Part shown: positions 9,306-18,741 of the stretch, one piece after another
Layout of the letters: each line of letters begins with the position of its first letter
How positions within the stretch are numbered: position 1 is the stretch's first letter
Origin: an uncultured delta proteobacterium
GTDB taxonomy: Bacteria; Desulfobacterota; Binatia; Binatales; Binataceae
Assembly (NCBI GenBank): GCA_963842085.1
Contig: CAWJET010000001.1
Coordinates: 2,080,001 to 2,144,000, forward strand
DNA: 64,000 nucleotides
Direction: 5' to 3'
Notes under the pieces: generated by a model
Told to the model about the DNA's origin: nothing
The model's database searches: none
Seen by the model: the letters and a program-made list of their open reading frames with translations, nothing else
Program-made: the position numbers and the translations under genes

Positions 9306-10175
9306 ATGGCGAGTAACGTTTCCCAGGAGAAGCTTCTGTTCTACGCGGCCGCCGGCGCGCTTGGCGGCTTCGCCGCGTGGGGGCTCTCGGAGCCAATCCT
9401 CGGCATCCGCTGGGTCTATGGCCGCGATATCTTGTTCGGCGCGCTGATCGGCGCACTGATCAGCGCGTTTCTCGCCTCGATCGAGACACTCAGCGTAGGC
9501 CAGATTCGCCAGGCAGCGCGCCGATTCATCGTCGGCGGGGTTATCGGCGCGGCCGGCGGAGCGTTGGGGCTACTCGTCGGCGAATTTGCGTTCGACATCC
9601 TGGGCGGGCTCAACGGCCGCATCCTGGGATGGGGCGTGCTTGGAATCGCGGTCGGACTCGGCGTGGGTTCGGCGTCGGGATCGGCGGCGCGGCGGCGCAA
9701 TGGCGCGATCGGCGGCGTGCTGGGCGGAGCGCTCGGCGGATTTTTCTACCAGAGCCTGACGACCACCTTTCCGCAAGCGTTCGGACGTGCGATCGCGATC
9801 ATCATCCTGGGCGCGCTGATCGGATTCTTCATCGGACTGGTCGGCGAGCTGCTCAAGCGCGGCTGGCTGATGGTCGTGCGCAGCCAGAGCCGCAACGCGC
9901 GCGAGGGCCGCGAGTATCCGCTGCTCAAGGGCGTGACTATCATCGGCCGCGCCGAGGAAAGCGACATCGGGCTGTTCGGCGATAAGTCCGTGCTCGGTAG
10001 TCATGCGATCATCCGGCGCGAGGGCAAGAATTTCATCATCAGTCCGACCGGCGGCCAGATATTCGTGAATCGACAGCCGGTAGCGGGCCGCTATGCGCTC
10101 AAGAGCGGCGATCGGCTCGAGGTGGGCGGCACGCTGTTTCTCTTCCGCGAGCGGGCCCAGGCGGCGAATCGATAA
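9306..10175 (+). CDS. Multi-pass Gly-rich membrane protein with C-terminal degenerate FHA domain
   Basis: About 6 GxxxG-rich helices; IIGRAEESDIGL..SHAII..LKSGDRLEVG. Confidence 0.85.
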   Translation: MASNVSQEKLLFYAAAGALGGFAAWGLSEPILGIRWVYGRDILFGALIGALISAFLASIETLSVGQIRQAARRFIVGGVIGAAGGALGLLVGEFAFDILGGLNGRILGWGVLGIAVGLGVGSASGSAARRRNGAIGGVLGGALGGFFYQSLTTTFPQAFGRAIAIIILGALIGFFIGLVGELLKRGWLMVVRSQSRNAREGREYPLLKGVTIIGRAEESDIGLFGDKSVLGSHAIIRREGKNFIISPTGGQIFVNRQPVAGRYALKSGDRLEVGGTLFLFRERAQAANR

Positions 10176-10190
10176 GAGGCGCGGCAGATC

Positions 10191-10958
10191 GTGGGGAGCC
10201 TGCACACCTGCCGAATCGCGCTCCTCATCACGATCGCTTCGATTCTAACTTCGATGCTCGCGGGATGTTCGAGCGTCAATGAAGGCGGCGGCACGGCTGC
10301 GGCACCTACGACGTCGGTTCAGACGCTCGAGTATTACCCGTACCAGGTCAAGGGATACCAAAACAGTTATCCCAAAAAGACCATCCTGATTCTGATGCCG
10401 GCCGACGCGCGTGATGTGACCCGCGACGCCGCGCCGCTCAACGGCAATCCGGCGATCGGAGTTATCGTCGATCAATCGGGCAACGTCACTGAACGCCTGT
10501 ACAGCTCATCGCTTGGCCCGATCCTGCAGCAAGCGATCGGGCGCTCGGCGGACGAGGCGGGGTTGAGCGCGTCGTCGTCTACCGAGGTCACCTATAAGCC
10601 TGGCGTCACGGAGAAAACCGAGTATGTACTCGAGAGCAAGATTCGGCGCTGCTGGGTGAAGAAGGCCCGCGGCGCTGACGGTCAGTACGGTCCCATCTGG
10701 CGGACGATCGCGGACTTTGCGCTCGACGTCTCGATCTACAAGCCGCCGTTCAGCGTTCCGTTCTGGACCGGCAGCACCAACGATACCTACTACGACCCGC
10801 CGGTCGGCTCGTTCGGTCTCGGTTCAGAGGACGAAGCGGGCATTTACGACGAACCGGGGCAGGATTTGTCGGTCGCGCTGACGCGCACGGTGGCCGCGAT
10901 CTTCCAGCGCCAGGACTTGCGCAATCTGGTGCTTGAAGACGACATCAAATCCCGCTAA
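10191..10958 (+). CDS. Lipoprotein of unknown function
   Basis: Hydrophobic signal with lipobox LAGC; 15 nt after upstream gene. Confidence 0.75.
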   Translation: MGSLHTCRIALLITIASILTSMLAGCSSVNEGGGTAAAPTTSVQTLEYYPYQVKGYQNSYPKKTILILMPADARDVTRDAAPLNGNPAIGVIVDQSGNVTERLYSSSLGPILQQAIGRSADEAGLSASSSTEVTYKPGVTEKTEYVLESKIRRCWVKKARGADGQYGPIWRTIADFALDVSIYKPPFSVPFWTGSTNDTYYDPPVGSFGLGSEDEAGIYDEPGQDLSVALTRTVAAIFQRQDLRNLVLEDDIKSR

Positions 10959-11119
10959 GCGCTTGGTTCCGGGGCGCGGTCTTTGAACAATCGATATGTT
11001 GGAATAGCCTAGGCAGAGCGCCGGATAATCAAATGCCGGAGCGTGCGCGGGAGTTTCCCTCCTGCCGCATGGCTGCGAATCCGGACCGCATCGTCGTCTG
11101 CCAAGAGGAAGCACGTTTG

Positions 11120-12025
11120 ATGGAAATCGGATTCGTTGGTCTCGGCAAAATGGGCATGAACATGGTCGAGCGGCTGCGGCGCGACAATCACCAGATCGTC
11201 GCCTTTGATCTCGACGATGCAAAGCGCAAAGAAGTCTCGACCTTCGGCGCCGACGCCGTCGACTCGCTCAAGGACCTGGTCGCCAGGCTCGCGCCGCCGC
11301 GGGGCGTGTGGGTGATGGTGCCGGCGGGCGAGCCGACCGAGAGCACGATCAACCAACTGGCGGAATTGCTCGAGCCCGGCGACGCGATCATCGATGGTGG
11401 CAACACCAATTTTCACGACGACGTCCGCCGCGCCGCCGTGCTCGCCGCCAGGAAGCTGCATCTCCTCGATGCCGGCACCAGCGGCGGCATCTGGGGACTC
11501 AAGCTCGGTTACTGCCTGATGATCGGCGGCGAGGCGGAAATTTTCAGGCGCTACCAACCGATTTTCGAAACGCTTGCCCCTCCCGGCGGTTACGACCACG
11601 TGGGCGGCCACGGCGCGGGCCATTACGTGAAGATGGTCCACAATGGAATCGAGTACGGGCTGATGCAGGCGTACGCCGAGGGTTTCGAGGCGATGCACGA
11701 GTCGGATTACAAGCTCGACTTGACCAGCATCGCCAACCTGTGGCGAAAGGGCAGCGTCGTGAGATCCTGGCTCCTGGAGCTGACGGCCAACGCGCTGGAA
11801 AAAGATCCGGGGCTCAAGCAAATCCGGGGTTGGGTCGAGGATTCGGGCGAGGGCCGCTGGGCGGTGCAGGACGCAATCGACAAAAGCATCTCGATGCCGG
11901 TAATCACGATGGCGCTGTTCGCGCGCTTTCGCTCCCGCGCCGAAAAGGGCCCGGGAACTTTCGCCGAGAAATTGCTCGCCGCGCTGCGCGACGAGTTCGG
12001 CGGCTACGGCATCGTCAAGGAATAG
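11120..12025 (+). CDS. gnd: 6-phosphogluconate dehydrogenase (decarboxylating, short YqeC-type)
   Basis: IGFVGLGKMG, DGGN, SGGIWG, KMVHNGIEYG, DSGEGRW; start reassigned to MEIGFVG behind GAGG. Confidence 0.95.
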   Translation: MEIGFVGLGKMGMNMVERLRRDNHQIVAFDLDDAKRKEVSTFGADAVDSLKDLVARLAPPRGVWVMVPAGEPTESTINQLAELLEPGDAIIDGGNTNFHDDVRRAAVLAARKLHLLDAGTSGGIWGLKLGYCLMIGGEAEIFRRYQPIFETLAPPGGYDHVGGHGAGHYVKMVHNGIEYGLMQAYAEGFEAMHESDYKLDLTSIANLWRKGSVVRSWLLELTANALEKDPGLKQIRGWVEDSGEGRWAVQDAIDKSISMPVITMALFARFRSRAEKGPGTFAEKLLAALRDEFGGYGIVKE

Positions 12026-12048
12026 AGGGCGAGAGGGTTAAGTTGTTT

Positions 12049-13587
12049 ATGGCCGCGACTGCAGCAAACCGGACTGATTTCAATCACCTTCATCCCATCA
12101 AGGAACGCCATCACTACGATCCGTGCATCGTCGTGATTTTCGGCGGCGCGGGCGACTTGAGCCATCGCAAGCTGATTCCCGCGCTGTACAATCTCTCGAT
12201 CGACGGCGAATTGCCCGACAAGTTCGCGATCCTCGGGTTCTCGATCGAGGATCTCGACGACGAGAAGTATCGCGCGTTCGCGCTCAGCGGCATCGAGCAG
12301 TTCTCGCGCCGCAAGGTCGAGAAAGAACACTGGGCAAAGTTCGCACCCCTGCTGCACTTCAACCGCGGCTCGTTCACCGAGGCCGCCGACTACCAGAACC
12401 TGCGCAAGCGATGCGAAGCGATCGACGCCGAATGCGGCACCGACGGCAACCGCGCTTACTATTTTGCGATTCCGCCGGCATTCATCGAGACCTGCTCGGA
12501 AGGATTGACCGCAGCCGGAATGATTCACCCGCCTGAGAAGGGGCATCCGTTCACGCGTGTCGTGGTCGAAAAGCCGATTGGCTCCGATCTTGCCAGCGCG
12601 TCGGAGATCAACGCCGAGCTCGCGCGCCATTTCGACGAAAGCCAGATTTTCAGAATCGACCACTACCTGGGCAAGGAAACGGTCGAGAACCTGATGGTGT
12701 TGCGGTTCGCCAACGCGATCCTGGAACCTATCTGGACCGCGCGCTTCGTTGACCACGTACAGATCACCGTCGCCGAGGCCGAGGGCGTCGGCACGCGCGC
12801 CGCCTACTACGATCACGCCGGCGCCCTGCGCGACATGGTGCAGAGCCATCTGCTGCAAACCCTTTGCATGATCGCGACCGAGCCGCCCAACACCACCGGC
12901 GCCGAGTCGATGCGTGACGCGAAGCTCGATGTGCTGCGCGCGCTGCGTCCACTTGGCGACGAGGATATCGAGAAATGGGTCGTGCGGGGCCAATACGGCG
13001 AGGGACTAATCGGCAGCGTGCCGGTCAAGGCCTACCGCGGCGAGGAGCACGTCGCGCCGGATTCGCAAGTCGAGACTTTTGTCGCGCTGCGATGCTGGAT
13101 CGACAACTGGCGATGGGCCGGCGTGCCGTTCTACCTGCGCACCGGCAAACGGCTGCCCAAGCGCTCGAGCGAAATCGCGATCTACTTCAACAGCGTGCCC
13201 CGAATCCTGTATAACGCAAACCCACGCGCTCCGCTGGCGCCCAATATGCTGACGATCAGGATTCAACCCGACGAGGGCCTCGCGCTGCACATCATGTCCA
13301 AGGTGCCCGGCTCGCAGACCAAACTCCAGCAGGTCCAGGTCGACTTTCACTACGTGACCTCAACGCCCGAAGCGTACGAGACCCTGCTCAACGACGTGAT
13401 CGTCGGCGACCAGACGCTCTTCATGCGGCGCGACACGGTCGAAGAGGCGTGGAAGTTCGTGCAACCGATCCTGGACGCCTGGGGCCAGTCGCCGATGGAT
13501 CCGCCAATCTACGCGGCGGGGTCGTGGGGACCGCTCGAGGCCGCCCTGATGATCGCCGCTGACGGACGCACCTGGCGAACGCTCTAA
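12049..13587 (+). CDS. zwf: Glucose-6-phosphate 1-dehydrogenase
   Basis: IFGGAGDLS, VEKPIG, RIDHYLGKE, RWAGVPFYLRTGK; start reassigned to MAATAA. Confidence 0.95.
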   Translation: MAATAANRTDFNHLHPIKERHHYDPCIVVIFGGAGDLSHRKLIPALYNLSIDGELPDKFAILGFSIEDLDDEKYRAFALSGIEQFSRRKVEKEHWAKFAPLLHFNRGSFTEAADYQNLRKRCEAIDAECGTDGNRAYYFAIPPAFIETCSEGLTAAGMIHPPEKGHPFTRVVVEKPIGSDLASASEINAELARHFDESQIFRIDHYLGKETVENLMVLRFANAILEPIWTARFVDHVQITVAEAEGVGTRAAYYDHAGALRDMVQSHLLQTLCMIATEPPNTTGAESMRDAKLDVLRALRPLGDEDIEKWVVRGQYGEGLIGSVPVKAYRGEEHVAPDSQVETFVALRCWIDNWRWAGVPFYLRTGKRLPKRSSEIAIYFNSVPRILYNANPRAPLAPNMLTIRIQPDEGLALHIMSKVPGSQTKLQQVQVDFHYVTSTPEAYETLLNDVIVGDQTLFMRRDTVEEAWKFVQPILDAWGQSPMDPPIYAAGSWGPLEAALMIAADGRTWRTL

Positions 13588-13594
13588 GGAGGGA

Positions 13595-14596
13595 ATGCAG
13601 ATGAGCGGCGGCATTACTCTGGCGCGTCATATCAAGACCCAAAGCGCGACGGCGCTGCCGGTCGCGGACCTCGCGCTCATCATGCAGCGCATCGAGTTCA
13701 TCGCCACGCGCATCGCGCGGGAGCTGGCGCTCGCCGGCCACGGCGGGCTCGGCTACACCGGCGAAACCAACGTGCACGGCGAACAGGTCAAGAAGCTCGA
13801 CGAGTTTGGCAACCAGGTTTTCCTCGACGCCTTCGAGCACGGATACCCGGTATGCAGTCTGATCTCTGAGGAAATGGACGAGCCGCATCATTACTCAGTT
13901 GACTGCCGCGATAATAGCTATTGCATACTCTACGATCCTATCGACGGGTCATCTAATACCGACGTAAACGGTTCGCTCGGCACTATCTTCGCCGTTAAGA
14001 AACGTGCACCCGGGCACGGCAAGGCAATCGACGACATCCTGGTGCCGGGAAGCCGGCAGCTAACCGCAGGATACGTCCTGTATGGGCCGGCAACTCAACT
14101 CGTATATAGCGCGGGCGCGGGCGTCGATATCTTCACGCTCGATCGAACGCGCGGCGAGTTCATTCTGTGGAAAGAGAACGTGAAGATGCCGCCGCACGGC
14201 ACTACCTATGCCGTCAACCAGGCGAATGCGGGAAAGTGGCACGAGGGCGCGCGCAAGTTCGTCGCGCATATTACCAGCCGCAAAGACAAACGAACCAGCT
14301 ATTCACTTCGATACTGCGGTGCATTTGTCGCCGACTTCCATCGATGCCTGCTCGAGGGCGGAATATACATGTATCCCGGCGAGGTCGCCGAAGGCGGCAA
14401 TGCCCAGGGCAAGCTCCGCCTGATGTACGAGCTTGCGCCGCTCTCGATGCTCGCCGAGCAGGCGGGCGGCCGCGGCTCGACCGGGGCACAGCGAATTCTC
14501 GACATCGCTGCCACCGCAATCCACGAGCGGCATCCAATTTACATCGGCAGCGCGGAGGAAGTCGCACTCGCCGAGTCGTTCAACGTCGAAGGTTAG
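13595..14596 (+). CDS. fbp: Class 1 fructose-1,6-bisphosphatase
   Basis: GEQVKKLD, ISEE, DPIDGSSN, GKLRLMYE. Confidence 0.93.
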   Translation: MQMSGGITLARHIKTQSATALPVADLALIMQRIEFIATRIARELALAGHGGLGYTGETNVHGEQVKKLDEFGNQVFLDAFEHGYPVCSLISEEMDEPHHYSVDCRDNSYCILYDPIDGSSNTDVNGSLGTIFAVKKRAPGHGKAIDDILVPGSRQLTAGYVLYGPATQLVYSAGAGVDIFTLDRTRGEFILWKENVKMPPHGTTYAVNQANAGKWHEGARKFVAHITSRKDKRTSYSLRYCGAFVADFHRCLLEGGIYMYPGEVAEGGNAQGKLRLMYELAPLSMLAEQAGGRGSTGAQRILDIAATAIHERHPIYIGSAEEVALAESFNVEG

Positions 14597-14608
14597 AAAC
14601 GGTTCGCA

Positions 14609-15595
14609 ATGGATGGGCTCATCCTGGCCGGCGATGTCGGTGGAACCAAGACCCATCTCGGTCTGTTCAAGCAAACCGCGGGAACGCTCGAAATCGTGCG
14701 CGAGCATCGCTACGCGACCGCGCAGTTCGACAGCCTCGAGGCGGCATGCGCGGATTTCCTTGGCGCGAGCGTGGCGGTGAATGCCGCCTGCCTCGGCGTG
14801 CCGGGTCCAATAATCGACGGCCGCGCCCAGGCCACCAACGTGGCATGGCAATTGTCCAGCGTTTCGCTGTCGCGCGCTCTCGGCGGCGTGCCGGTTCGCT
14901 TGATTAACGATCTGACGGCGATGGCCTACGGCATGGTTCATCTGAAACCCGCCGAGTTCGTTGTTTTGCATCGCGCGGAAAATCCGCCCGAGCATGGCAA
15001 CATCGGTGTGCTTGCCGCCGGGACCGGTTTGGGCGAATCCGCGCTGGTCTGGGAGGACAACAAATATTACGCGGTGGCGTCCGAGGGCGGGCACAGCGAT
15101 TTCGCGCCGCACGGCGCCGAACAGATCGAGTTGTTGCGGTTTCTGACGGACGAATTCGGACACGTCAGCTATGAGCGCGTCCTCTCGGGTCCGGGCCTGT
15201 GGAACGTCTATAGATTTTTGCGGCGCGAGGGCCACGCCGAAGAGCCAGGTTGGCTGACGGCCCAAATCGCCGCGGGTGACGCGTCGGCCGCCGTGAGCGA
15301 GGCGGCGCTCGAGGGACGCGACCCCGTTTGCGTTCACGCACTGACCATGTTTTGCGATATTTACGGTTCCGAGGCCGCCAACCTGGCGCTCAAGGTTCTG
15401 GCGCTGGGCGGTGTCTTTTTGGGTGGAGGCATTGCGCCGAAAATTTTGCCGATGCTGACCGCGGGTGCGTTCGTGCAAGGATTTTTGTCCAAAGGCAGGC
15501 TGAACGAGATCCTGAAGCGGATCGAAGTCCGTGTCTCGCTCAATCCAGCCGCCGGCCTGCTCGGCGCCGCGCACTGCGCCGCCGCGATGCTGTGA
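14609..15595 (+). CDS. glk: Glucokinase
   Basis: GDVGGTKT, INDL, GTGLG, SEGGH, ERVLSGPGL, GGGIAPK. Confidence 0.93.
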   Translation: MDGLILAGDVGGTKTHLGLFKQTAGTLEIVREHRYATAQFDSLEAACADFLGASVAVNAACLGVPGPIIDGRAQATNVAWQLSSVSLSRALGGVPVRLINDLTAMAYGMVHLKPAEFVVLHRAENPPEHGNIGVLAAGTGLGESALVWEDNKYYAVASEGGHSDFAPHGAEQIELLRFLTDEFGHVSYERVLSGPGLWNVYRFLRREGHAEEPGWLTAQIAAGDASAAVSEAALEGRDPVCVHALTMFCDIYGSEAANLALKVLALGGVFLGGGIAPKILPMLTAGAFVQGFLSKGRLNEILKRIEVRVSLNPAAGLLGAAHCAAAML

Positions 15596-15644
15596 TATAG
15601 AGGGTGCATACTGGATTGACACTCCCGATCGGAGACAGAGGCAT

Positions 15645-16559
15645 ATGACCAAACGAGTTCGAGAGATTCTGGGCTATTACGATTCCGAAAACGCCGGCGT
15701 GCGCAGCAACCTGGCGCGGATGCTCAACCACGGCAAGCTCGCGGGCACCGGCAAATTCGTGATCCTGCCCGTGGACCAGGGCTTCGAGCATGGCCCGGCG
15801 CGCAGCTTCGCCGTCAATCCGCCCGCCTACGACCCGCGCTATCACTTTCAGCTCGCCATCGACGCCGGATGCAACGCATACGCGGCGCCGCTCGGATTTC
15901 TCGAGGCGGGCGCGGCCGAGTACGCCGGCGAAATTCCGCTCATCCTCAAAGTCAACAGCCACGACGTGCTCAACGAGGAAAAAGATCCGGCGCCCTCGGT
16001 GACCGCCAGCGTCAAGGACGCGCTGCGGCTCGGCGCATCCGCAGTTGGATTGACCATCTACCCCGGCTCGACCCAGGAGAACACGATGTACCAGCACGCG
16101 CGCGAAATCGGCGAAGAGGCCAAGGCCAACGGCCTGCCGCTGGTTATCTGGTCGTACCCGCGCGGCTCCGGTGTCAGCAAGCAGGGCGAGACCGCGCTCG
16201 ACGTGGTTGCGTATGCGGCGCAAATCGCGGCGCAACTCGGTGCGAATATAATCAAAGTCAAGCCGCCCACCGCGTTTATCGAACAGGCCGAAGCCAAGAA
16301 AGCGTACGACGCCAACAAAGTGCCGGTCGAGCCGTTCTCGGCGCGCGTCAAGCATGTCATGCAGTCGGCGTTCGACGGCCGGCGAATCGTGATCTTCTCG
16401 GGTGGCCCCAAGGAGACCGACGAGTCGTTGCTGAATACCGTCCGCGGGATCCATGCGGGCGGCGGCTACGGTTCGATCATCGGCCGCAACAGCTTTCAAC
16501 GTCCGAAGCCTCAAGCGATCGAGCTGCTCGGCAAGGTCATCGACATTTACAGGAGCTGA
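15645..16559 (+). CDS. fbaB: Class I fructose-bisphosphate aldolase (DhnA/FbaB type)
   Basis: ILPVDQGFEHGPA, WSYPRG, IIKVK, GRNSFQRP; start MTKRV behind GAGG. Confidence 0.92.
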   Translation: MTKRVREILGYYDSENAGVRSNLARMLNHGKLAGTGKFVILPVDQGFEHGPARSFAVNPPAYDPRYHFQLAIDAGCNAYAAPLGFLEAGAAEYAGEIPLILKVNSHDVLNEEKDPAPSVTASVKDALRLGASAVGLTIYPGSTQENTMYQHAREIGEEAKANGLPLVIWSYPRGSGVSKQGETALDVVAYAAQIAAQLGANIIKVKPPTAFIEQAEAKKAYDANKVPVEPFSARVKHVMQSAFDGRRIVIFSGGPKETDESLLNTVRGIHAGGGYGSIIGRNSFQRPKPQAIELLGKVIDIYRS

Positions 16560-16601
16560 TCAGTCGTCCGCCCAAGGCGCACGAAGGGTGCCAGTGAAAA
16601 A

Positions 16602-17411
16602 ATGAAGTACAGCGAGTACCAGCATCTCCTGCTCGAGCGTAAGGACGACGGCATCCTGCTCATCACGATCAATCGTCCCGAGGTTCTCAACGCCACCAAC
16701 AGCCGCCTCCATTGGGAGTTGAGCCGCGTGTGGCTCGACATCGCCGACGACGATGAAACCAACGTCGTGGTGGTGACGGGCGCCGGGCGCGCGTTTTCAG
16801 CCGGTGGCGACCTCGACATGATCCAGCAGATGGCCGCCAGCGCGGCGAACATCGGCAAGGCATGGAAGGAAGCCGGCGACATCGTCTACAACATGATCAA
16901 TCTCGACAAGCCGATCATCTCGGCGATCAACGGCGTCGCCGTCGGCGCGGGATTGGCGGTCGCGTTCATGGCGGATATCAGCATCGCGTCCGAGGCGATG
17001 CGCATCACGGACGGGCATCTGCGCCTCGGCGTCGCGGCCGGAGATCACGCGGTGATCGTGTGGCCGCTGCTGTGCGGCATGGCCAAGGCGAAGTACTACC
17101 TGATGACCGCGGACTTCATCGACGGCAAGGAGGCCGAGCGCATCGGACTGGTGAGCCTGTGCGTACCCGCCGACAAGCTGATGGACAAGGCGATGGAAGT
17201 CGCGCGCAAGCTCGCGCGCGGCCCGCAGCAGGCGGTGCGATTCACGAAGCGCTCGCTCAACAACTGGCTGCGCGTCGCGGGCCCGGCGTTCGACGCATCG
17301 CTGGCGCTCGAGATGATGGGATTTTTCAGCGCCGATCTGACCGAGGGCGTCGCCGCGTTGCAGGAGAGACGCCAACCGTCCTTCCCTGGCTTCGCAAGGC
17401 CCAAGCCCTGA
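16602..17411 (+). CDS. Enoyl-CoA hydratase/isomerase family protein
   Basis: AFSAGGDL, ISAINGVAVGAG crotonase motifs. Confidence 0.9.
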   Translation: MKYSEYQHLLLERKDDGILLITINRPEVLNATNSRLHWELSRVWLDIADDDETNVVVVTGAGRAFSAGGDLDMIQQMAASAANIGKAWKEAGDIVYNMINLDKPIISAINGVAVGAGLAVAFMADISIASEAMRITDGHLRLGVAAGDHAVIVWPLLCGMAKAKYYLMTADFIDGKEAERIGLVSLCVPADKLMDKAMEVARKLARGPQQAVRFTKRSLNNWLRVAGPAFDASLALEMMGFFSADLTEGVAALQERRQPSFPGFARPKP

Positions 17412-17505
17412 CCCGCGACAAGGGCATCTCGCGCCTCTTTTGAAAAGACCTGCATTTTGAAATACTGGTCGTCGTTTGAAACCTCTAACTTGAGCGGGGA
17501 AGAAA

Positions 17506-17844
17506 ATGGTGATGAAGAAATTTGCGCTTGCGGCGGCCTCTGCCATGCTTGTGATGACGGTTGCGTTTGCGGCGCGGCCGGCCTACGCCTCCAGCAAAGT
17601 CGATTGCGACGCCGTGATGAACGAACTCAATAGCGGCAAGCATGAGCGGGAAGTCGCCAAGGATCTGAGCACCACGCTCTACCAGGTCCGCAAATGCAAG
17701 CGGCACGCGAGAGAGGCGGCCAAGGCCGAGACCAAGTCGTCGATACAGGCCAAGACCGGCAAAGAAGCGCCGATGGCGCCAATGGCTGCGCCTTCGTCCG
17801 CGATGGGTGCGGCTTCGCCCGCGGCGGCGGCTTCTCCGAAGTAA
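17506..17844 (+). CDS. Small secreted protein with two Cys and Ala/Pro tail
   Basis: Signal peptide MKKFALAAASAML..AYA; purine-rich RBS. Confidence 0.7.
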   Translation: MVMKKFALAAASAMLVMTVAFAARPAYASSKVDCDAVMNELNSGKHEREVAKDLSTTLYQVRKCKRHAREAAKAETKSSIQAKTGKEAPMAPMAAPSSAMGAASPAAAASPK

Positions 17845-17911
17845 TGATTTGCGCATCGATGCGTCGCGGGCGGTCGTGGCCTGCGACGCTTCTCGCTGCG
17901 CGCAAATCGCG

Positions 17912-18205
17912 ATGCCGAAATGCGAACTGTGCGAGTTGCGTGACTACACGCAGCGCTACGCCGACTTCGTTCATCCGTTCAAATTTACAATCCTCGATTG
18001 TGACTCGTGCGACACTCCGATGGCCGTCTTGGGAGAGCATCGCGCGGTGCCCACGGATCAGGAGCGCGAATTCATGATTGAGGCGCTGTCATTGGTCGCG
18101 CGCGCCAAGTACGGCGCCGATAAATTCGGGATCGACGACGTGATGCGCCAGATTCCCGACCACTGCCACATGCACGCGCGCCCTATTCGCCGCTGGCAAT
18201 ACTAG
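17912..18205 (+). CDS. HIT-like small zinc-binding protein
   Basis: CELC, CDSC and HCHMH (HxHxH) motif. Confidence 0.7.
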   Translation: MPKCELCELRDYTQRYADFVHPFKFTILDCDSCDTPMAVLGEHRAVPTDQEREFMIEALSLVARAKYGADKFGIDDVMRQIPDHCHMHARPIRRWQY

Positions 18206-18270
18206 CTGGCGCACCGCGCCGTTCCCGGCCATCAGGCATATTACGGCGCGGTTTCGAGTGTTTTACCCAT

Positions 18271-18299
18271 TTGGTAAGTGCCTCATCTTGTGCTATATG
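18271..18299 (+). promoter_or_regulatory. Putative sigma70-type promoter of csp with about 100-nt 5' UTR
   Basis: TTGGTA-N17-TATAT with TG extended -10, upstream of cold-shock gene. Confidence 0.4.
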
Positions 18300-18399
18300 C
18301 CCGCCGTTAAGCGCGCTGCTTTGGGGAAGCGGCGCCGCGGGCTGGAGCAGGGCGCGAGGGGCGCTCCGGCTCGGTTCCCTTCAGGAGGTATGGGGGAAA

Positions 18400-18600
18400 A
18401 TGGCTAACGGTACCGTCAAATGGTTCAGCCCGAAGAAGGGCTACGGCTTCATCACGATGGAGGATGGGCAGGAAGTGTTCGTCCATTACAGCGCCATCGA
18501 TGGGTCAGGTTTCCGCTCGCTCGAACAGGGTGAGCGGGTTGAGTTCGAGGTCGCGCAAGGCCCCAAGGGCCTGCAGGCCTCAAACGTCAACAAGGGCTAG
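18400..18600 (+). CDS. Cold-shock protein (CspA family)
   Basis: [33 protein letters not shown] (RNP1/RNP2). Confidence 0.95.
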   Translation: MANGTVKWFSPKKGYGFITMEDGQEVFVHYSAIDGSGFRSLEQGERVEFEVAQGPKGLQASNVNKG

Positions 18601-18741
18601 GGCGCGCAGGAGATTCCCAGGAAAAGGGGGTGCGGTTGGACTGCCGTTCATCGGCGCAAGACGCGTCCGCGCCGTCGCGTTGCGCGAGCAGGCACTACAA
18701 GGCCGTGCCTCTCGCCCATCCTGATAGAACGCAAAGAGGGA

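Noticed and set aside
11308-12048. 247-aa N-terminal extension of Zwf overlapping gnd
   Set aside because: Out-of-frame overlap of gnd with Arg-rich nonsense composition; the real start is 12049
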